Virus record (IMG/VR): IMGVR_UViG_3300029267_001718
Location: 1-64,000 of that record
Reading direction: 5' to 3' (one strand)
Source: a virus
DNA: 64,000 nt
Part shown: positions 57,107-64,000 of the stretch, piece by piece
Layout: each line of letters begins with the position of its first letter
How positions within the stretch are numbered: the first letter of the stretch is position 1
The notes under the pieces: model-generated
What the model was told of the DNA's origin: nothing
The model's input: the letters and a program-made list of their open reading frames with translations, nothing else
The model's database searches: none
Program-made: the position numbers and the translations under genes

Positions 57107-57313
57107 ATGTCGACTGACGTAGACGAGAATGGGTATGTCAAACGTGCATTCTTTCAAGGCCCGAAAAGGAGCATTTGGAAGATCTGCGATATGTTGGGCA
57201 TTCCTCGGTGGGAAACCAAAAAGCGAATCCTGACGTTGAATGTCTTTCCTTCGGATCAGGTGACGCCGGAACAATTGCACGCGGCTCAAGAGGTTTGGCG
57301 AAACGAGGAATAA
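57107..57313 (+). CDS. Hypothetical protein
   Basis: GGAG RBS, tight spacing. Confidence 0.5.
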   Translation: MSTDVDENGYVKRAFFQGPKRSIWKICDMLGIPRWETKKRILTLNVFPSDQVTPEQLHAAQEVWRNEE

Positions 57314-57465
57314 TGATGTTTAGACTCGGTCGATTTCAACTGCAGCTTTGGCGGAACGACGACTGGCGATTCTGGCAAGTCCTGATTGGCAGGGACGGCA
57401 TTCGCTACGGATGGTTGTCTTTGTACTTTGGGCGAGTTGGGGTATTCGTTGCCGTTTGGCGGTAG

Positions 57466-57481
57466 GTGTCCCCGGGGACAC
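57466..57481. repeat. Perfect 16-bp palindrome GTGTCCCCGGGGACAC (consensus copy of the dispersed motif)
   Basis: Self-complementary and intergenic. Confidence 0.8.
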
Positions 57482-57557
57482 TGGAATTTTTTTTTGAGTC
57501 TCAAATGCGAGTGGGAAGTGAATTGTAAAAAATTTAGCCGATTTCGGTGAAATCGGG

Positions 57558-57586
57558 TTGACGCGGTCGCCGATACCGGCTATATT
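57558..57586 (+). promoter_or_regulatory. sigma70-type promoter with GCCGATACCGGC in the spacer
   Basis: TTGACG-17 bp-TATATT; related GCCGATTTCGGT site upstream. Confidence 0.85.
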
Positions 57587-57633
57587 TCAAACATCGGAAA
57601 CAAATTCCACACCACCAAAACGGGAGCGACACG

Positions 57634-58353
57634 ATGGAAATCACACTACGCGGGAAAACGATTGTCTCGGAACACAGCGACACTGAAGCGTGTGAACTGC
57701 TCGCCGATTGCAAAGGCGACTTCGCTGCTTCCCTCTACCGGCAATATCGCACGTCGAAGCGTGGGTTGTCGCAGAAGCAACTCGACTGGGTTCATTTCCT
57801 CGTCTACGAAATGGAACACCCCACCCCCAAAGCCGACAAGATCGATTTGGGCGTCAGCCTCTCGGAACTCGTTGCACGTTTCGATCTGGCGGGCAGCAAA
57901 CTCAAGTACCCGAAACTGCACTTCGATGTGGACGGGCAGCACGTGATGCTTGGTCGTGCTGGCAATCGGGCGAAGTTCCCGGGATCGCTGAACATCACCG
58001 ATGGCGGACGTTACGGTGAGAACGAGTGGTTTGGCCGAATCCACCGCGATGGTCGTTTCGAACCGTCCCGAAAGTGCACCCCCGAAATCGTTGCGTTTCT
58101 GAAATTCTTTGCGGACGATCCCGAAGCGGCACTTCTCAAGCACGCCAAAACTGGCAACTGCCCGTTCTGCAATTCCAAGTTGTCCGATCCGATCAGCGTC
58201 GTGCTCGGCTACGGTCGCACTTGCGGAAAAAACTGGGGACTGAAGTGGGGCAAAAAGTTGGCCGTCGCGGTCCTCAAAGCCGCTGGCAAATCGGACGATG
58301 AAATCGAATCCACGCTGAACCCCGAAGTGGCAACCGAGCCCGTCGCGGTCTAA
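57634..58353 (+). CDS. DUF6011-like zinc-finger protein
   Basis: CPFCNSKLSDPISVVLGYGRTC. Confidence 0.7.
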   Translation: MEITLRGKTIVSEHSDTEACELLADCKGDFAASLYRQYRTSKRGLSQKQLDWVHFLVYEMEHPTPKADKIDLGVSLSELVARFDLAGSKLKYPKLHFDVDGQHVMLGRAGNRAKFPGSLNITDGGRYGENEWFGRIHRDGRFEPSRKCTPEIVAFLKFFADDPEAALLKHAKTGNCPFCNSKLSDPISVVLGYGRTCGKNWGLKWGKKLAVAVLKAAGKSDDEIESTLNPEVATEPVAV

Positions 58354-58368
58354 CTGAAACTGATCGGA

Positions 58369-58398
58369 CTGCCCCGAGCAAATGCCCGGGGCGGTCCT
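58369..58398 (+). terminator. GC-rich hairpin after gene
   Basis: CTGCCCCGAGCA / TGCCCGGGGCGG; weak U tract. Confidence 0.4.
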
Positions 58399-58470
58399 CT
58401 TGATTCACGAGTTTACCTTTGATACGTTCGAACCTCTGGCTCACCATAACCAAACTAGGAGCGACGACAC

Positions 58471-59463
58471 ATGAGCGAAACTGAAACATCAACGGAACTG
58501 ATTCTCGGCAGCGGCGTAGCCGGGGACATTTGGGAGGGAACTGCTTCGACGTTCGTTCCCATGCTCAAGCAGGACATGCCGATTGCCGAACGCAAGGAAG
58601 CGGTGCGAAACATCCTGCACGCAAGCGGCGAGATCGACGACAAATTGAATCTTGTCGCGGGCGAAATGCTTTACGAGGTTCACGCCAACGAGTATTGGAA
58701 AGACTGGACGATCACAGTCGACGGCGAGGATCGTCCGTACTCGTCTTTCGAGGAATACTGCGAAGTCGAACTGGCGATGAAAAAACGCAAGGCTTACACG
58801 CTGCGGCAAGTCTACGAGCGTTTCTGTGTCGAACTCGACATTCCTCTCGAAACCCTACGCGGGCTGCAGTGGACGAAGGCACGGGCGATCCTCCCGGTGG
58901 TCACTGATGAGAACTGGGAAGAACTTCTCGGCAAAATCAAAACGCTGTCGAAATCCGAAGTCGAAAAACTGGTCAAGTCGATGAAGGCGGACGACGATGA
59001 CGATGACGGCGAGCCCGATGAGCTAGCCCGCATCGCCTTCAAACTCCACCCCGAACAATTCGAAGTGGTCACGTCGGCACTGAAGGTTGCCGAGTCGATG
59101 AGCACGTCTGAAGTCCCGGGAAATCAACTCCATTTGATCTGTATGGATTTTATCTCGGGTGCAGCCGGAACGGGCTTAACAGGAGCCCTGGCGAAGCTGG
59201 ACGTGGTTGTCAAAAACATCGAACGAGCGTTTGGTGTCGAACTCGAAATCAAGGGAGTCGACGAAGACCGCTATTCGGCGTTGAAGGGTGCGGCGGACGC
59301 GGAACCCATTGATACCACATCGACGGACGCCGAGCCCGACGAGGACGATACAGACGTTGTGGGCGATCTGGATGACGTGGACGACGAGGAACCGTCTGAC
59401 ACGGATCTGGAAAGCGTACTCGCCGACGCGGAAGCGGCTGAAGCCGCTTTGGGGGACGACTGA
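58471..59463 (+). CDS. Helical putative DNA-binding protein with acidic tail
   Basis: GEMLYEV...YSSFEEYCE.EL..KKRKAY; AGGAG RBS. Confidence 0.6.
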   Translation: MSETETSTELILGSGVAGDIWEGTASTFVPMLKQDMPIAERKEAVRNILHASGEIDDKLNLVAGEMLYEVHANEYWKDWTITVDGEDRPYSSFEEYCEVELAMKKRKAYTLRQVYERFCVELDIPLETLRGLQWTKARAILPVVTDENWEELLGKIKTLSKSEVEKLVKSMKADDDDDDGEPDELARIAFKLHPEQFEVVTSALKVAESMSTSEVPGNQLHLICMDFISGAAGTGLTGALAKLDVVVKNIERAFGVELEIKGVDEDRYSALKGAADAEPIDTTSTDAEPDEDDTDVVGDLDDVDDEEPSDTDLESVLADAEAAEAALGDD

Positions 59464-59468
59464 TCTAT

Positions 59469-59622
59469 GGTTGCGAAGATGCCATTGCCGAGGACGTGCA
59501 GTATTGGCGGTCGGGCGGTCCCCGAGCGTCGGGTAACGCTGACACGTTGGGCTAAGTGGAAGGGTGGTTTCCCGGGGCGGAGTGCACGCCAAACCGGGGA
59601 GGTAGGCTGGATCTTCGCAACC
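59469..59622 (+). ncRNA. Putative 154-nt structured RNA
   Basis: 12-bp perfect closing stem, internal hairpins, followed by TCTTTTT. Confidence 0.5.
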
Positions 59623-59635
59623 TCTTTTTCTACTT

Positions 59636-59932
59636 GCGAGGGTAGCTCAATTGGCTGTTCACGGAGGGCGGCGGTATTAGGGACGCTGAACCCGTTTGCC
59701 TCAAGGCTCACTGGTTATCATAGCCGATTCGTGAACGACGCGGTGCGGACTTCGGTAGAGAACGTTGATACTGCCACTCCGCCCAAGCCCAATGAAAGTC
59801 CACGTGGTGACTGCGGGCGAGGGAGCCGTTGTGTGAGCACGGATTCGGAGCATACGAAACGGAAGAATCCCTCTTCCGTATTGCGTTACTGCTACGGAAA
59901 CGAGGTTGGAGGTTCGAGTCCTCCCCCTCGCA
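59636..59932 (+). ncRNA. tRNA-like RNA with ~245-nt structured insert
   Basis: Acceptor GCGAGGG / CCCTCGC-A, TAGCTCAATTGG D-arm start, perfect T arm GGAGG-TTCGAGT-CCTCC. Confidence 0.7.
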
Positions 59933-59979
59933 CTTTATTTTGAATTGAAACGCTTCACCATAGAACCGGAGTAGGAAAA

Positions 59980-60687
59980 ATGGCGATTGGCAGTGTATCG
60001 GATCTGCGGAAATACCTGGACGAGCGGGCACGTAAAACGAAGAAATTGCTCGATGAAATCTCTACGGCTCAATTGAAGCGAGCCAAAAGTTTCTGGACAT
60101 TGATCTGGAAGCTCACTGATCTTTGGGACCACATTCAATCGGGTTATCGACACGAGGGCAAACAGGGGCAAGAACTTCGAATGCTCACATACACTGCCTA
60201 TCTCCGACAACTGAAGGGACGCGTCAACGAACCCGATGCTATGTGGGGGCGTCAGGTTTACAAGCGTTGGGTGTCGGACGCGGATCGGGATACGATCCTT
60301 GAAGGGTGTACCCCCGAAGCGTTGCTGCTTGTGGAATCCAAACGTCCTGTGTGTCATCGGCGGAAGATCATCACGAGGTTGCGTGCTCACGTCAAACGTG
60401 GAGCAACGTTGGTGACGGAAGACACGGTGCGACGTTGGTGGCAAGGATACATCGACGGCGAAGCGTTGGCGGAAACTCCCCCGCACACAATCGGGGAGGA
60501 CGATCCGGATGTGTGTGCGTTCAAAATTCGAAAGCGTCGTAGTTCGGTTCTGAACGAATTGGAAATTGCGGAGCGTGTGGTAGAATTGGCGAAGAAGCAT
60601 CGGGCGTTGATCGCTTCGCTATTCGAACTCTACGGCGAGGATTGGCGAACGGCGAAATCAGTGAAGGCACCCGGGGACACAAAATGA
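59980..60687 (+). CDS. Hypothetical basic protein
   Basis: CCGGAG RBS; 235-aa ORF. Confidence 0.6.
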   Translation: MAIGSVSDLRKYLDERARKTKKLLDEISTAQLKRAKSFWTLIWKLTDLWDHIQSGYRHEGKQGQELRMLTYTAYLRQLKGRVNEPDAMWGRQVYKRWVSDADRDTILEGCTPEALLLVESKRPVCHRRKIITRLRAHVKRGATLVTEDTVRRWWQGYIDGEALAETPPHTIGEDDPDVCAFKIRKRRSSVLNELEIAERVVELAKKHRALIASLFELYGEDWRTAKSVKAPGDTK

Positions 60688-60983
60688 AATACACAGTCCG
60701 CGAGAATGCTGACCACACGCACACGTTGCTTCGATATCACAAGGAAGTGCCGCGATTGATTAACAACGCGGAGCTAGAATTCTGGTTTGAAATCGAACGA
60801 CTTCGTGAAGCACTGCAAGCGATTGCGGATCGTGGCGATCCACCCCCAGGACCGCGAGCGGCGGTGTGTGTAACGACCACAACTCTGGCGACGATGGCGA
60901 AGCAAGCGTTGGCGGAAACAACGTTGTCGGTTCCAGACACAGATGAACGCGAAATTTCTGACGTTCGAATGGAAGGATTTTGA
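60684..60983 (+). CDS. Hypothetical protein
   Basis: ATGA overlap; EIERLREALQAIA. Confidence 0.55.
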   Translation: MKYTVRENADHTHTLLRYHKEVPRLINNAELEFWFEIERLREALQAIADRGDPPPGPRAAVCVTTTTLATMAKQALAETTLSVPDTDEREISDVRMEGF

Positions 60984-61500
60984 AATGCGGAAGGGATTGT
61001 TCGAAGAACTGACTGCGATCATGCCGAATACCGTCTATGTGTTTCAGGAACACCCGGGCGGATACGTTTGTGACAAACTCACGAAGCCCGACGAGGGCAC
61101 AGAGTTCGAACGAAAACGATACCTCATCACGGGCGAAACGCAGTGCACTTGTTTGGGGTGGATGAAGTTTCGCGACTGCAAACATCTGAAGATGCTCCGA
61201 CGTGACATGAGTTGGGTCAAAAATCCCCCTCCGTTCTCTTTTGCAGTGGAGGAATTCGAACGACTCTTTGTTGAATTGCAGAAGCGATTCACATCGTTCG
61301 CCGAACGGGATCTGCCCGACTTTCTTAGCGTGTTGGAAGACGCACATCCGGACACTGTTCGGGTGATGGAGTTGTGTTTTCCAGAGTCGGAATATCCGCC
61401 GAACATGGTGCTCGCGGTCTCCATAGCTAAGTGGTCCGAGGGTTACGATATGGCGATTGCGTGGGAAAAAATTTCGGCGGATTCTGAAGCCTCAGAATAA
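60943..61500 (+). CDS. SWIM zinc-finger protein
   Basis: CTCLGWMKFRDCKH. Confidence 0.7.
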   Translation: MNAKFLTFEWKDFEMRKGLFEELTAIMPNTVYVFQEHPGGYVCDKLTKPDEGTEFERKRYLITGETQCTCLGWMKFRDCKHLKMLRRDMSWVKNPPPFSFAVEEFERLFVELQKRFTSFAERDLPDFLSVLEDAHPDTVRVMELCFPESEYPPNMVLAVSIAKWSEGYDMAIAWEKISADSEASE

Positions 61501-61551
61501 TTAAGCTTTGTTTTACGGGATTCAGAGGCCGGAAAATATTTTCGAAATTTC

Positions 61552-61592
61552 GCCGATATCGGCTTGATTTCTGAGCGAGGATGTGCGATAAT
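61552..61592 (+). promoter_or_regulatory. Extended -10 promoter preceded by perfect palindrome GCCGATATCGGC
   Basis: Palindrome at 61552-61563, then TTGATT-17 bp-GATAAT with TGn. Confidence 0.65.
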
Positions 61593-61673
61593 TCAATTAT
61601 TGGAAAACGGGAAACGGGAAACAAAACCACCACGGGAAACAAAACCCACCACACCAAACCGGAGGATTTTACG

Positions 61674-63245
61674 ATGGCGAAAACAGACATGGCGAAACCG
61701 ATCTACATTGGGTTCAAACTGGCGGAAAATCAGTACCACATTTTCCACGCGATTAGCTGGAAGGTACGCACCGAATATCGCATCAAACTGGAAGCCGGTA
61801 AGCCGACTTGCGGTTGTGCGTTGTTCCGTTTCGATGGCGGTTGCGATCACGCCGCATTAGTTGAACGTGACGCAACGGTTTTCGCGGGAGCGTGGGGCGA
61901 TGACGATCTTGATGTCGACGCGTTTCGCTGGCAAGCCGAAGATCCCTACGCATTCGTTGCGTTTTTCGACAAAGCAGGGGATCGTTTCGGTGTCTTGCGT
62001 CCGAACGTCGGCAACCTCTCGCTGGAGGAAGCCCTGTCGCTGTTGAGCAACGGCACGATTCCAGCGGGGGCGGACACAGACGGCGTTTTGAATCCGAATC
62101 GTCTCTACGCGGAAGCGGTCGAATCGTTCGACAAGGGAATCGACGTTTCGCATCGTGACGTGGTCGAAGCGGGCGAGGGGGCGGATGAACCTGTCGCCAC
62201 TGACACAGCGGACGATGACGCGGACGATTTTGAGGAAGACGTGGTCGACGCTCCTGCGGTCGACACTCCCGCCGAGGAACCGAAACCCGAAACGAAATCG
62301 GAACCCAAACCCAAGGCCAAAGCGGACCTACCGATCTGGCGACGGGTCAAGCGTCCGAATCCGAATCAGTTCTTTGTCGACAAGGATGTGTGGGAACAAC
62401 TACTCTACAGCATGTGCAACGGTGGGAACGTTCTGCTGATCGGCGAGTCGGGATCGGGCAAGTCGGAATTGTGCTACATCGCAACCAAGGCTCTGCATCG
62501 CGAGTTGGCCAAAATTGCCGAAGCGATCACCGATGACAGCGAGCCCAAAAACGTTGAGCCGCTCGATCCGTACAACTGCGGTGCGATGTCGGAACCCAGA
62601 ACGGCACTGATCGGCAACGTCAAACTTCGCGGGGACAAGACCGAATTTGAGCCCGCACGTTTTGCGAAATCGGTGCAGCGTGACGGGGCAGCGATCCTGT
62701 TGGATGAAATCACCCGGGCGGAGCGGGGAGCATTCAACATTCTCTTGCCGTTGTTGGATCGCCAAGGCTACTTGCCGTTGGATGAGGATGAGGGTGGCGG
62801 TGTCGTCAAACGGGGCGAGAAAGTCACGTTTCTCGCTACTGCGAACCTCGGAATGATCTACGGCGGAACGGACGAGTTGGACAAGGCTCTGAAGGATCGT
62901 TTCGACACGGTTATCGCTCTTGACTTCCCACCCGCAGACGCCGAGGCGAAGGTGCTCCTAGGTCGCTGCGAGGGTCTCACGCGAGCGGACGCGGATCGTC
63001 TGGTTGAAATTGCCACCACTCAGCGACGGTTGGCGGTCGACGGCGATTTCGCGGGCGGTGAGCAAATCTCGACTCGGATGCTTCTCAACGCGGGCGAAAA
63101 GATTGGGGCGGGCATGAGCTTCAATGCTGCCTGTCGGTTCTCGATTGCCAACGCGTTCAGCGACATGGGGGGCGAAACCTCGGATCGTGCGAAAATCCAG
63201 CAAATCATCCAAAAGGGTGACGTGGGCGAATCCTCTGGATTCTAG
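61674..63245 (+). CDS. SWIM-like domain plus MoxR/CbbQ-type AAA+ ATPase
   Basis: CGC...CDH; GESGSGKS, LLDEITRA, ATAN..YGGT..LD.AL.DRF, ISTR. Confidence 0.85.
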   Translation: MAKTDMAKPIYIGFKLAENQYHIFHAISWKVRTEYRIKLEAGKPTCGCALFRFDGGCDHAALVERDATVFAGAWGDDDLDVDAFRWQAEDPYAFVAFFDKAGDRFGVLRPNVGNLSLEEALSLLSNGTIPAGADTDGVLNPNRLYAEAVESFDKGIDVSHRDVVEAGEGADEPVATDTADDDADDFEEDVVDAPAVDTPAEEPKPETKSEPKPKAKADLPIWRRVKRPNPNQFFVDKDVWEQLLYSMCNGGNVLLIGESGSGKSELCYIATKALHRELAKIAEAITDDSEPKNVEPLDPYNCGAMSEPRTALIGNVKLRGDKTEFEPARFAKSVQRDGAAILLDEITRAERGAFNILLPLLDRQGYLPLDEDEGGGVVKRGEKVTFLATANLGMIYGGTDELDKALKDRFDTVIALDFPPADAEAKVLLGRCEGLTRADADRLVEIATTQRRLAVDGDFAGGEQISTRMLLNAGEKIGAGMSFNAACRFSIANAFSDMGGETSDRAKIQQIIQKGDVGESSGF

Positions 63246-63275
63246 GAAATTTTAGCCGATTTCGGTGAATGGGTG

Positions 63276-63304
63276 TTGACTCGTTCGCCGATACCGGCTA
63301 TATT
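63276..63304 (+). promoter_or_regulatory. sigma70-type promoter with GCCGATACCGGC in the spacer
   Basis: TTGACT-17 bp-TATATT. Confidence 0.85.
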
Positions 63305-63348
63305 TCACACAACGGGAAACGAACCACCACACAAACGGGAGCGACAAA

Positions 63349-64000
63349 ATGCCTTGGACAACTCACTACAAACCAATCGAGCGAGACGACCGCGAGTTCG
63401 GATTCATCGATGAATCCCTCCGGATGAATGAAGCCGCTGATCGTCGGATGCGAGGCTCGTCGATGTCGGCGGAATGGTTTCGCGGACGTTCGAAAAAATC
63501 GTCGGCGGAGGGCGTGGTTTTTGAGTTGATGCGAATTCGCGAAACGATTCGTAATCTTCTCAAAATTCACGGAGTGCCGAACGGCACGCGGATCGATATC
63601 GCGACAATGGCAGCGGGTGCACGGGGAGCCGCTGGTTTTGATCGCATCAGCGATTTCTCAGGTCCGCATCTGGTTCTGGACAAAACGATTTACGAGGTCT
63701 GCGAGTCGAACGAAATGCTCGACGTGTACTGCGGTGCAGCGATCCACGAGGCAGAACACCTGAACGAAACTCGACTCATGTTCAATCTGATGGAGTCGGG
63801 TGAGTTGCGTGGTGTTCTCCAACTGTTCTATAACTTGTGGGAGGATGAACGGATCGAGGCGACGGGTCGCGAGCGGTCTCCTGGGTACGCTCCCTACCTC
63901 CAAGCGTGCAAGCGTGCGTTGTTCGAAAAGAAAGAATTCGGATCGGCTATCGATAACTGGAAGAATCTGCCTGATAAGGACAAGATCCTGGCTATCATCT
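63349..64000 (+). CDS. HExxH metallopeptidase-like MoxR partner (CobT/VWA-type N-terminus), truncated by window
   Basis: Manual translation MPWTTHYK...GAAIHEAEHL...YNLWEDERIE; not in the ORF track. Confidence 0.75.
   Translation, partial: MPWTTHYKPIERDDREFGFIDESLRMNEAADRRMRGSSMSAEWFRGRSKKSSAEGVVFELMRIRETIRNLLKIHGVPNGTRIDIATMAAGARGAAGFDRISDFSGPHLVLDKTIYEVCESNEMLDVYCGAAIHEAEHLNETRLMFNLMESGELRGVLQLFYNLWEDERIEATGRERSPGYAPYLQACKRALFEKKEFGSAIDNWKNLPDKDKILAII

Noticed and set aside
59636-59932. Calling the element a standard tRNA, tmRNA or RNase P RNA
   Set aside because: No normal anticodon arm, G3-C70 rather than G3-U70, and only a lone GAAAGTCC resemblance to RNase P without the matching 3' motif.
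59467-59943. 158-aa ORF across the RNA locus
   Set aside because: No RBS or protein motifs; the region is better explained by base-paired RNA elements.
1-64000. Integrase, repressor, endolysin or tail sheath
   Set aside because: No supporting motifs found in the window; lifestyle and lysis genes cannot be determined from this segment.

Overview
A 64-kb segment of a tailed dsDNA bacteriophage genome, probably a siphovirus (tail tube and tape measure, no sheath). Nearly all genes are on the + strand. The order is: (i) a minus-strand PAPS-type sulfotransferase running off the left edge, absent from the ORF track; (ii) a nucleotide-sugar and glycosylation block (two SDRs, cupin, NDP-sugar epimerase/dehydratase, DegT-type aminotransferase, two GT-B enzymes, ParB/Srx-like protein); (iii) packaging and head genes (TerS, GpA-like TerL, portal, MuF fused to an ADP-ribosyltransferase-like domain, protease/scaffold, major capsid); (iv) neck and tail genes, with three tandem LamG-like paralogs and four more glycosyltransferases inserted among head, neck and tail genes; (v) a replication/recombination module (DnaC-like loader, DnaB, primase, SSB, PolA with a Cys-rich insert, SF2 helicase, RecA, resolvase, Cas4-like and EndoI-like nucleases); (vi) small early genes behind sigma70-type promoters that share a palindrome, a non-coding RNA locus with a 297-nt tRNA-capped structured RNA, and a SWIM-MoxR plus HExxH pair cut off at the right edge. 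The best candidates for novelty are a possible sulfated amino-sugar glycan system and the oversized tRNA-like RNA. No integrase, endolysin or CRISPR array was recognised. All family calls come from motifs read by eye, not database searches.
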